Shown: positions 49,766 through 58,621 of the stretch, one piece after another
Position numbering within the stretch: the stretch's first letter is position 1
Layout: each line of letters opens with the position of its first letter
Source of the DNA: Pirellulales bacterium
GTDB taxonomy: Bacteria; Planctomycetota; Planctomycetia; Pirellulales; JANQPP01
Reading direction: 5' to 3'
DNA length: 64,000 nucleotides
NCBI GenBank assembly: GCA_028289405.1
Contig: JANQPP010000026.1
Coordinates: forward strand, 17,501 to 81,500
Notes under the pieces: generated by a model
Databases searched by the model: none
The model's input: the letters and a program-made list of their open reading frames with translations, nothing else
What the model was told of the DNA's origin: nothing
Program-made: the position numbers and the translations under genes

Positions 49766-50989
49766 CTAATACGTTTGTTGTGCGAAGGTCGTAAGGTCGA
49801 AGATGGGAAACAACACCGCCATGACCACCACCGCCACGGCCAATCCCATGGCAATGGTGAGGGTCGGTTCCAAGATCGTGATCAGCTCGCGTAGCCGCGT
49901 TTCCCCCTCTTCCTCGAAGTGCTCTCCAATGAGCTGGGTCACCATGCCTAGCGTTCCCGTTTGCTCGGCGGTGATCATCATTTCAGCGGCGGTGTCCGGC
50001 ACGAAACCGGATTCCAACAGAGCCGTTCCCAGCCCTCTACCATTCAGCACGTCCTGCTCCATCTTGACGAAGAGTTCGTGATAATACGCGTTCGAGACGG
50101 TGGTTTTCGCTAGGCGTAGACTTTCGAGCAGAGGCACGCCGCTGTCGATCATGATTCCCAGCAAGCGGCAAATGCGCCCGATCAGTAGCGCCCGCGTGAC
50201 GTCCCGCACGAGGACGACTTGGAGCAGCAAGCGGTCGGTCAAGCGACGGAGGTGGCCACTCTTTCGCCACCACCAAGCCGCCACGACGATGAGACTGATC
50301 ATGGGTAACCATAACCACGCGCGTGCCCGCACTTCAGCGGCGACCGCCACGAGGCACCTTGTGAGGATCGGTAGCGGCGTTTCGAATTGAGCAAAGACCT
50401 CGGCAAAGCGAGGCAAAACCAGCAGCACCAAACCGCACAAGACGAAGCTGGAAACCACGGTGAGCACCAGCGGATAGGCCAGTAGGCCCCGCAGCGTGCT
50501 ATCGCGGCGGAGCTCGCTACGTTGCAGTTGGGCGAGTTGGCTCAGTACGTCGGTCATTTTCCCCGAGGCTTCCCCCGCCGTGATGCTGGCGATGTACGTG
50601 GGTCCGAAGATCGCCACATATTCGGAAAGGGCCTCGGAAAAAGAATTACCCGCCACGACGGAACGGTGGATCCCCAGCAGGATTTGCCGCATGGCTGGCT
50701 GCCGGCTCTGGCGGGCCAGGGTTTGCAAGGCGGTGGAAATATCGACGCCGGCACGCGTCATCACGGCCAGTTGCGCCGTGAGATGTGCCAAATCTCTTTT
50801 CGGTACGCGATTTCCACGTGGCAAACCGGCCAGGCTGGTTCGAGATGTTTTTCTCCCGATTTTAGGGAGATCTTCCGTGCCGTCCCACACGCCTTCCATG
50901 CCGCGCAAGGGTACGGTTCGCCCGCCGGACAGTTCCGTTGTCCGCGAGGATTCGTTTGGAAATACGCGTTTTTGTTCGGTGACTTTCAT
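49766..50989 (-). CDS. pilC: PilC/GspF inner-membrane platform protein
   Basis: 'QLAVMTRAGV', 'AGEASGKM', 'LAYP', 'SGVPL', 'AEQTGTL', 'LEP'. Confidence 0.93.
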   Translation of the reverse strand: MKVTEQKRVFPNESSRTTELSGGRTVPLRGMEGVWDGTEDLPKIGRKTSRTSLAGLPRGNRVPKRDLAHLTAQLAVMTRAGVDISTALQTLARQSRQPAMRQILLGIHRSVVAGNSFSEALSEYVAIFGPTYIASITAGEASGKMTDVLSQLAQLQRSELRRDSTLRGLLAYPLVLTVVSSFVLCGLVLLVLPRFAEVFAQFETPLPILTRCLVAVAAEVRARAWLWLPMISLIVVAAWWWRKSGHLRRLTDRLLLQVVLVRDVTRALLIGRICRLLGIMIDSGVPLLESLRLAKTTVSNAYYHELFVKMEQDVLNGRGLGTALLESGFVPDTAAEMMITAEQTGTLGMVTQLIGEHFEEEGETRLRELITILEPTLTIAMGLAVAVVVMAVLFPIFDLTTFAQQTY

Positions 50990-51040
50990 GGCTTCTTAAG
51001 GGATGCGATGGAAACACGCGATGGCCTTTCCGTTTGAGCA

Positions 51041-52825
51041 TCAAGCGAACGCCGCGACCCTTGCCACCTCCTCCAAGCTCGTAATCTCTTGTTCGGCGAG
51101 CCGAAATCCCTCTTCCAGCAGGCCGTGTCCTCCACGGGAGAGAAACCAATTGCGTATTGACTCCAAGCTGGCGTTCTGGGTGACCATTTCCCGCAATTCC
51201 TGGTCGAACTCCAAAATCTCATAGATGCCGGTTCTTCCGCGAAATCCCGTGTCCAGGCAGTCCCGGCAGCCCTCGCCTCGGGCGAAGGTGCGGCGCTTGT
51301 CGCCCGGATAGTGCAACGCCTCCAGGAAGTCGGAGGAGGGGTAATACACCGTGCGGCATTTTGGGCAGATCGTGCGAACCAGCCGCTGTGCCACGACCCC
51401 AATGACCGACGCACTGACCTTGTAGGACTCCACGCCCATATCCATCAGCCGCGTGATGGCGCCGGCGCTGTCGTTGGTGTGCAGCGTGCTCAGCACCAAG
51501 TGCCCGGTGAGTGCGGACTGCACGGCGACTTGGGCGGTCTCCGCGTCTCGAATTTCTCCCACCAGGATGACATCGGGGTCTTGCCGCAAAATGGAACGGA
51601 GCGCCGTGGCGAAGGTTAGCGAACGGGTTTTGTCGACTTGCACTTGATTGACCATCTCAAGCTGGTATTCCACTGGATCCTCGACGGTCACGATGTTGCT
51701 ATGCACGCTCTTGATCAGTTCGATGGCCGAGTACAGCGTCGTCGTTTTGCCGCTGCCGGTAGGTCCCGTGACCAAGAGCAACCCGTGCGGGCGTTTCAAA
51801 AGCCGTTTGAGTAGCACCAAGTGGTCCGGCGGAATGCCCAAAGCGTCGAGATTGAAGGTGAGCCGTTTTCGGTCGAGCACCCGCACCACGACCTTCTCCC
51901 CCAGAACCGTGGGCAGCGTGGAGATGCGTAGATCGACCTCCTTGTGTTCCACCGCGACTTGGCACCGCCCGTCTTGCGGTACGCGGTGCTCGGCAATGTC
52001 CATCCGGCCCATGACCTTGATCCGGGAGACGATCGCGGGATGGATGTCACGACGGGGCCTGAGCACTTCCAGCAGTTGCCCGTCGATGCGGAAGCGGACC
52101 TTGGTGGACTTTCGGCCCGGTTCGATGTGAATATCGCTGGCGCCACGGCGAAGCGCTTGCAGAATCAGATAGTTGACCAAGTTGATGACGGGGCTGCCTT
52201 CCACCAACGATTCGACCGAAGCGACGTTCAGGTCGAGCGTATCGGCTTGCAGTTCCACCGCCTGTTCATCCAGGTCGGCGGTGACTTCATCGACTTCGAA
52301 ATTCTCTTCGTAGCAGCGGGGCAACATCCTCTCGAGGTTGCTGCGAAACGCGAACACGGGCCGGACCCGCTTCCGCGTGATTTCCTCGAGTTCATCGAGG
52401 TATTCCAGCTTTTGCGGTTCCGACATGGCCACGGTCAATTCGTCGTGGACACGGAACATGGCGATGGCGCCCAACCTTTCCGCGACGGACCGCGGCAAGG
52501 ACCGCACGACCGCGGGATCGACCAACCCTTCTCGCAAGCGGACCGCAGGCAGTCCCAATTGCCGTTCGATGAGCGGCAGCAATTGCTCCTCCGTCACCAC
52601 GCCCATGGCGACCAAGGCTTCCCCCAGCCGTTGGCCTTCCTCGGCTTGCAGCCGCAGCGCGCCTTGGAGCTCATCAGACGTGATGAGCCGCAGGTCCACG
52701 AGCATTTCTCCCAAAGGGAGGCTGCTCGTGGGGGCATGGTCCAAAGAGGCATGCAGCGCGCGGCGGGAATGTCGCGTCTCCGGCACTAGGGAGGCGAGCG
52801 GGCTGGACTGGTCAATGATACTCAT
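51041..52825 (-). CDS. pilB: PilB/GspE extension ATPase with N-terminal MshEN-type domain
   Basis: 'ASDIHIEP', 'PQDGR', Walker A 'GPTGSGKTT', 'LRQDPDVILVGEIRD', 'TLHTN', CPKC...CRDC Zn motif; tandem MshEN-like repeats. Confidence 0.95.
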   Translation of the reverse strand: MSIIDQSSPLASLVPETRHSRRALHASLDHAPTSSLPLGEMLVDLRLITSDELQGALRLQAEEGQRLGEALVAMGVVTEEQLLPLIERQLGLPAVRLREGLVDPAVVRSLPRSVAERLGAIAMFRVHDELTVAMSEPQKLEYLDELEEITRKRVRPVFAFRSNLERMLPRCYEENFEVDEVTADLDEQAVELQADTLDLNVASVESLVEGSPVINLVNYLILQALRRGASDIHIEPGRKSTKVRFRIDGQLLEVLRPRRDIHPAIVSRIKVMGRMDIAEHRVPQDGRCQVAVEHKEVDLRISTLPTVLGEKVVVRVLDRKRLTFNLDALGIPPDHLVLLKRLLKRPHGLLLVTGPTGSGKTTTLYSAIELIKSVHSNIVTVEDPVEYQLEMVNQVQVDKTRSLTFATALRSILRQDPDVILVGEIRDAETAQVAVQSALTGHLVLSTLHTNDSAGAITRLMDMGVESYKVSASVIGVVAQRLVRTICPKCRTVYYPSSDFLEALHYPGDKRRTFARGEGCRDCLDTGFRGRTGIYEILEFDQELREMVTQNASLESIRNWFLSRGGHGLLEEGFRLAEQEITSLEEVARVAAFA

Positions 52826-53157
52826 TGCAGGAAGCTCCCCACGGCGGACTTCACATCCTCGAAGACTTCGAACCGCTCCCCCACGCCCGTCGCTCGTAGA
52901 ATGTCTTGGCAGAGAGGATTTGGCGCCGCCAGTTTCAGCACCCCACCTCGATGTAGGCTGCGTTCCCGGGCATCCAGCAGGAATTCCATCCCCCGGCTAT
53001 CGAGCAGCGGCGTCGCCTGCAAATCGAATACGATTCGCGGCGGAGCGCGTTCGAGACAGGGAGCCAGGGTTTCCATCAACGTGTCCAGAGTGGACAAGTG
53101 GATCGGTTCTTGTCCCCGAATCACGTCCACGGTACCTTGCCGGCTGCAGTGAAACAT
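52822..53157 (-). CDS. STAS domain (anti-sigma-factor antagonist-like) protein
   Basis: 'IVFDLQATPLLDSRGMEFL', 'GG.LKLA...ILRATG'; phosphorylatable Ser in 'DS'; ATGA overlap with the ATPase gene. Confidence 0.9.
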   Translation of the reverse strand: MFHCSRQGTVDVIRGQEPIHLSTLDTLMETLAPCLERAPPRIVFDLQATPLLDSRGMEFLLDARERSLHRGGVLKLAAPNPLCQDILRATGVGERFEVFEDVKSAVGSFLQ

Positions 53158-53168
53158 CCTTGTCGCTC

Positions 53169-54989
53169 CTACGCCACGGGCAGAGATACGGTAAACGTGC
53201 TTCCCTTGTCCCATTCGCTCTGAACGGTCAATTTGCCGCCATGCAACTGCACGACCTCGCGCGCCAGGGAAAGCCCGAGCCCCGTGCCGGATTCATGTTG
53301 GACGCGTTGGTCTTGGCCTCGAAAGAACTTATCGAAGACATGCGGCAGGTCTTCTTCGGCGATGCCGATGCCCGTATCCGCGATGTCGACCAATAATTGG
53401 TCCTGTTCGATGCGGATCCGCATCGTGACACGGCCTTCTGCCGGTGTGTACTTCGCGGCATTCCCCAGCAGGTTGATGAGCGTGGCGGATATCTTGTCCT
53501 TGTCGATATGCATGGACGGGAACTTGGCGGGCAAGTGGCACTCGAACGTGATGTGCTTTTGCTCCATCTGGGGACGTACTTTGGTGATCACTTCCTTGAG
53601 CAGCCGTTCCAGATCCACGTTTTGGCGAGTGAGTGTCAGCGAACCCACTTCGATGCTGCTGATGCTCAGCAAATCATCGATCAGCCGGGCCAGCCGCGTG
53701 GCTTCGGCATTGATCGTGTTGCAAAAATCCTTTTGTTGCTCGACGTCCGCCATGTCACTCAAGACGAGCGTCTCGGCGTAGGCCTTGATGTTCGCCAGCG
53801 GGGTGCGTAGTTCGTGCGTCGCGGAATCTAGGAATTGGTCCCGCATCTTGTTGGCCAACTTTTGTTGAGTGACATCCCGGACGGTCCAGACGTGCCCTAC
53901 CCCTGTCTCGCTGTCGCTGGATCGCAGGGGCTGCCGGGAAATTCGCAGGACCCGCCGGTCTTCCCCTTCACCGCTGGGGATTTCTTGAATGCAGGTCCTT
54001 TGTGACGGTTCGTTGAACAACTCCTGGGCCGTGCGGGGCATATCGGCCAACTTCCAGCACTCGTGGATGTTCCTGCCCTCCAGAGCGTTTTCTCCGTCGG
54101 GAGCCACGAGGGCGCGGAGGACGTCGTTGGCAAACAGAATGCGTCCTTCCAAGTCGGTGGCGGCGATTCCGTCGGGCAGGCTCTGGAGAATAGCCTCGAC
54201 TTTTTGGGCCTGACGGTTTTCCAGCGCTTCCCTTAGGCGTTTTCTCCATTCATGCGATTCAGCTTGCGCACGCAGATGTTCCACGACGCGGTTCCAGCCC
54301 CGCAGCACGGCGAGATTGCCCGGCAGCGTGGGAGGCGCGAAATCCGAGAGCACGGGCTGAATGGCGGCCTCACGAAGCTGATGTTCCAACTTGCGAAAAG
54401 GAGCCACCAAGCGATTCAGCGCGACCGCTCCAGCCGCTAGCAGAAACAAGGAACCACATACCACCCAAGGCCCCAGGCCCTTCCCCCAGATCCACGCCGA
54501 GGAAAGATCCGGCTCCGCGATGGCGACCACGAGCGTACCCACTTTTTCTTGTTGGGCTTTCAACGGAATACGGAATTGCCAAGAAGCGGGCCTGTCGCCG
54601 TGGGAAATGTGCCGTCCCGACAATCCGTTCCAGCGGATTCGCCAGGAGTTTTCCTCCAAGGGTAAACCGGCTTTCCATTTCTCCGGCCATTCCGCGATCT
54701 GTTGCCCATTCTCGTCGAGGGCCGCGCAAGCTAAGAGTTCCCGTGTTTCGCCGAACTCGCGCAGAAGTTCTTTGGCCCGTCCTTGGTCGTTTCGCAACAG
54801 GGACAGCACTAAGGAAGACTCGATTTTTTCCAGCCCTTCCAAATGGCGCCGTGCCGTGCCGTGCAGGATGGCCCGGCGGCTGGCCCATGCTCCGCCCACC
54901 AATACACAGACGAGTGCCGTCAGGCTGAACAGCAGATAGTAGCTGATCACCTTTTGCGGCAGCGCAAGTTGGCGGGACTTTTGTAACAT
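53169..54989 (-). CDS. Membrane PAS sensor histidine kinase
   Basis: Two TMs, PAS 'ILQSLPDGI..TD..GRILFAN', H-box 'HELRTPL', 'NLLGNAAKYT', 'DTGIGI', 'GTGLGL'. Confidence 0.95.
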   Translation of the reverse strand: MLQKSRQLALPQKVISYYLLFSLTALVCVLVGGAWASRRAILHGTARRHLEGLEKIESSLVLSLLRNDQGRAKELLREFGETRELLACAALDENGQQIAEWPEKWKAGLPLEENSWRIRWNGLSGRHISHGDRPASWQFRIPLKAQQEKVGTLVVAIAEPDLSSAWIWGKGLGPWVVCGSLFLLAAGAVALNRLVAPFRKLEHQLREAAIQPVLSDFAPPTLPGNLAVLRGWNRVVEHLRAQAESHEWRKRLREALENRQAQKVEAILQSLPDGIAATDLEGRILFANDVLRALVAPDGENALEGRNIHECWKLADMPRTAQELFNEPSQRTCIQEIPSGEGEDRRVLRISRQPLRSSDSETGVGHVWTVRDVTQQKLANKMRDQFLDSATHELRTPLANIKAYAETLVLSDMADVEQQKDFCNTINAEATRLARLIDDLLSISSIEVGSLTLTRQNVDLERLLKEVITKVRPQMEQKHITFECHLPAKFPSMHIDKDKISATLINLLGNAAKYTPAEGRVTMRIRIEQDQLLVDIADTGIGIAEEDLPHVFDKFFRGQDQRVQHESGTGLGLSLAREVVQLHGGKLTVQSEWDKGSTFTVSLPVA

Positions 54990-55082
54990 GGCGAATCGGG
55001 CGCGCTCGATTGGAATTGGCGGCTAATTCTCAGTAGGCCGTGACGGAAAGCAGGGCGGATGCCGTATCTCGAGCAGCGCTGG

Positions 55083-55499
55083 TTAAACACCGGCTTGCTT
55101 GGGCTCGTTTTCGTCCAGGCGTTCCAAGCTGGCCTGAAGCTCGCGAACCAACTCCTGCGGGCTGAACGGTTTGGCGAATATCGCCGTGATTTGTAGCTCG
55201 TCGCGGAGCAGCCCGAGGTTCAGTTCCAATCCTTTGGCCGTGAGCAGGATGATGGGCAAATGCTCATATTTGGGTTGCTGCCGCAAACGACGGCAAAGTT
55301 CCGTTCCCGTCAGGCCAGGCATTTGGTAGTCGGTGATGACGGCATCAAAGTTTCTGTTCTGCAATACTTCCCAGGCTTCACGGCCATCGTTGACGGTCGT
55401 GGTCTGACACCCTGCTTCTCCTAAGTTGAACTCAATCACTCTCGCCAGCGTGGCATTATCGTCGGCAATCAGCACGTGCGGTTTCGTGTGAGGTGTCAT
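55083..55499 (-). CDS. Single-domain response regulator (CheY-like)
   Basis: 'LIADD', 'ITDYQMPGLTG', 'LLTAKG', 'KPFS'. Confidence 0.95.
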   Translation of the reverse strand: MTPHTKPHVLIADDNATLARVIEFNLGEAGCQTTTVNDGREAWEVLQNRNFDAVITDYQMPGLTGTELCRRLRQQPKYEHLPIILLTAKGLELNLGLLRDELQITAIFAKPFSPQELVRELQASLERLDENEPKQAGV

Positions 55500-55844
55500 T
55501 CAATTGGTCCTTCATTGGCTGGAGCCGCTTCTCGAATTTACATGATCGCGCATATCACGGAATCCGCTACGAATCATCGACGCGAGAAAGGCGGCGGCTT
55601 CGTTAAACTTCGCAAAAGCAGAAAAAATTTCCTAAAACCCCCATGCCAACGCCCTGGAGGCAACCAGATTTCGTTTAACTCGAACTGCCGCCATAGGATC
55701 TGTTTCCAGACATCGATGGCTGGGACGATATCCGCGCGTCGCGGGCTTGATACGTGAAATGTCCCCTCGCAGAACGCGATGGTCACGCTTATGTGAAAGG
55801 CTTGATTGGGCAGCCCCGACGAAACTCTGGTGAATATGCCTTGC

Positions 55845-55876
55845 TAAAAAAGGCAGCGAGCTCGCCTCCGGAGCTG
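55845..55876 (-). terminator. Possible terminator after the pilin gene
   Basis: Minus strand GCAGCTC-CGGAGGC-GAGCTCGCTGCC-TTTTTT: imperfect stem plus U6. Confidence 0.45.
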
Positions 55877-55888
55877 CAAAACGGCTTC

Positions 55889-56329
55889 TTAGAGTTGGTT
55901 GTACGTGATGGCGTTATCGCTTGCGAGTGTGTCCGTCGAGTTGACAATGAAGTCGCCGGTTTGGTTGTTGTACTGCCATCCTTCCGACGGGGATGCGTCC
56001 GCTACGGGTCCAGCCGCATCGGTCGAGATTTTGATATTCGCATTTTTTGCCCCTACAGGGCACCTTGGGAACGTGCCACGAAGATACGGGTCAAGATCGG
56101 CAAGAAAGCCCGCTTGCGTCGCGTCCGTAGTCGCTGGCAACGAACCGGCGTTTTCCGCGGCGTACAGCTCGATCGCATTACGGACCACCGCGAGGGTTTG
56201 GCGAATACCGTTGTCGGTCGCCCTGGCGGAAGTATTGAGAAACTTTGGCGCGGCCACAGCGGCCAAAACTCCCAAGATCATCACCACGACGACCAGCTCC
56301 ACCAGGGTAAATCCACGTTTGCGTTTCAT
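55889..56329 (-). CDS. Type IV pilin / GspG-like major (pseudo)pilin
   Basis: 'MKRKRG|FTLVELVVVVMILGVLAAVAAPKF', 'AIELY....G.LP'; 146 aa. Confidence 0.92.
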   Translation of the reverse strand: MKRKRGFTLVELVVVVMILGVLAAVAAPKFLNTSARATDNGIRQTLAVVRNAIELYAAENAGSLPATTDATQAGFLADLDPYLRGTFPRCPVGAKNANIKISTDAAGPVADASPSEGWQYNNQTGDFIVNSTDTLASDNAITYNQL

Positions 56330-56708
56330 CGCAGCGTTTCTCCAGACTTCGAGCATGTTTTTTTCGCTTCCTGCACCACTTTGATGCACTGCCTGATGCG
56401 TGTGGAGTCCCTTGCTAAAAGAATTTAGGTCATGGAAAGCGGGCAAAACGGCATGTAGCCAAGAGATGCCGTCGCTGACTCAAGGGTGGTAGTATCCGAT
56501 AGGGAAGATACGGAGGTTTCCGATTATGCCGGTCGAGTAGAGGAATTCGTGGATAAATTCGTCACCAGTCCCATCAGTGTTCTAGATTTGTCTTAGACCA
56601 AATTTATTCGCGGCGCTCCTGGCATCATTGCTCAAGGCCAATCTCCTTCCTTCCACTGGTCTCGCGAGCCGTGCCGGGCAGCCGCATTGCAGGGAGAATA
56701 GGCGGCTC

Positions 56709-58388
56709 ATGATTCTCAATCGGGCTCTCTTGAAAGGCACGGACCCGCGCGTGGCCGCTTCTCTCGTGGAGTGGACCCGGGAAGTGCAGGGAGAGCTGAG
56801 GAATCTTCTCGATGAGGATCCGGCCCTGTGGTTTCCCTCCTCATCTCCAGAGCCCTTCGTGGCGCCGCGTTGGGCACCTTTGGATCTGGAACGTGGCCTG
56901 GTCTTTCCGCTCGCCGAAGACGTGATGCGAGCGACACTCGGGCAATGGGAAATGGATGGCTACGAAACCCTGTTCGTGGAACAAGACGGAAAGAGTGGCT
57001 GGATCGTCGCGCCGTTCCTGTTCAATGAAAACCTGGCCCTGGTGGCCACTTGTGAAACCTCCTCGGAGGAAGCACCTTCGCGGCTCAGGTTGATGCGGCT
57101 GTTTCAGAAAGAGTGGGAACAACGGAAACAGTTGGCCCGCCTGCAACGTGAAAACGAAGCCTTCGCCATGCAAGTCACCGAAGACTTCGAACAACTCACC
57201 TTCTTGCGCCGCATGGCCGAGCAATTGGAAACGACGAATCTATCGCTCGATCTGCTGGAGATGGCCGAGAACATCTTGCCGGTGTTGCTGGACTTGATCC
57301 ATGCCGAAAGTCTCGTGCTGATCCTCGAACCAGCAGAAGGAGACGCGGATCAGCGGAGCCTATTCACCTACTGGACAGGACCGGTATTGTTTTCCGACGC
57401 GATCTGTAACCGGATCGTATCCGAATATCGGAACACCGCGCTACGGCGGCCCGTGGTCCACAACCATTACCAGGAAAGGCCCGAGGCTTACCGCTTTCCA
57501 GAGGTGCGAGAATTGATGCTCGTGCCCGTGAACAAATCGACCATGCTCATGGGCTGGCTGATGGCCTTTAATCATCGGCCTGCCACGGGCGACACGGGGC
57601 ATCAAGCAATTTGGCAACATGCCCCCCAGGAATTTGGCACCTGTGAAGCCACGTTGCTGTCTTCCGCCGGATCGATTCTCGCGTCGCATGCCTACAACGT
57701 GGAGCTGTTCCGGGAAAAGGAACAACTGCTGGTCAGCATGGTACGATCCTTGGTTTCGGCCATCGAGGCCAAGGATGAATACACCAGCGGGCACAGCGAA
57801 CGCGTGGCCCTGTACTCTAAATGCCTCGGCGCGGCCTGCGGTCTCGACGAGAAGGCATGTGATCGGCTCTACCTCACCGGTCTGCTGCATGACATCGGTA
57901 AAATCGGCGTCAGCGACGCGACGCTGAAAAAGCCGGGTTCATTAACCGACGAAGAATTCGAAGAAGTCCGCCGCCACCCGGAAAAAGGCTGGTACATTCT
58001 GCAAGATCTCACGCAGTTGAGGTACGTGATGCCCGGCGTCGTGCACCACCATGAGCGCTTCGATGGAAAAGGGTATCCCGACGGGTTACAAGGAGCGCAA
58101 ATTCCACTCGATGGCCGGATCTTAGGAGTTTGCGACGCCTTCGACGCCATGACCAGCGACCGCCCCTATCGGCCAGGGATGTCACTGGAAAAGGCGACCG
58201 CGATCCTCCAAAAAGGCGCGGGAACCCAATGGGATCCCGAGATCGCGGAGACATTCTTGGAGATCATGCCCACGATCCTCCACATTCGAGAGACCCACAA
58301 AACTCAGCCTCGCTTGCCGCGCGCGAAACGACCGGTGGCGGCCGAGTTGGACCCGTCATCTCCCGCCGTCCCCGTGCACGTGCCTTGA
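56709..58388 (+). CDS. HD-GYP phosphodiesterase with N-terminal GAF-like region
   Basis: 'KDEYTSGHSERV', 'LLHDIGKIG', 'HHHERFDGKGYPDGL', 'DAFDAMTSDRPYR', 'GTQWDP'; start uncertain (56628 or 56709). Confidence 0.93.
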   Translation: MILNRALLKGTDPRVAASLVEWTREVQGELRNLLDEDPALWFPSSSPEPFVAPRWAPLDLERGLVFPLAEDVMRATLGQWEMDGYETLFVEQDGKSGWIVAPFLFNENLALVATCETSSEEAPSRLRLMRLFQKEWEQRKQLARLQRENEAFAMQVTEDFEQLTFLRRMAEQLETTNLSLDLLEMAENILPVLLDLIHAESLVLILEPAEGDADQRSLFTYWTGPVLFSDAICNRIVSEYRNTALRRPVVHNHYQERPEAYRFPEVRELMLVPVNKSTMLMGWLMAFNHRPATGDTGHQAIWQHAPQEFGTCEATLLSSAGSILASHAYNVELFREKEQLLVSMVRSLVSAIEAKDEYTSGHSERVALYSKCLGAACGLDEKACDRLYLTGLLHDIGKIGVSDATLKKPGSLTDEEFEEVRRHPEKGWYILQDLTQLRYVMPGVVHHHERFDGKGYPDGLQGAQIPLDGRILGVCDAFDAMTSDRPYRPGMSLEKATAILQKGAGTQWDPEIAETFLEIMPTILHIRETHKTQPRLPRAKRPVAAELDPSSPAVPVHVP

Positions 58389-58621
58389 ATGGCGCGGTGT
58401 CACATTGCTCGCTGGCCGCCGGATTGCGTGCCTGATTGATCGCCGCGTTTTCATTCCTGGGACTCCCGAATCCCTGCGGATAAAGCGACATCCCCCCGCG
58501 GCACGCACTAGCGTTTTTACCGCGATTGGCTAACCATGGAACTTTCCGACGCGAAGTTCTCGGCGCTTGGTCCACGAAGAAGATTCACCGAACGCCTGTT
58601 GATCATTGATGGAGGTTTGCG

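Noticed and set aside
55500-55880. Second c-di-GMP riboswitch before the response regulator or pilin
   Set aside because: No GGCAAAC/GACGCAAA core found on either strand here or in 56330-56700.
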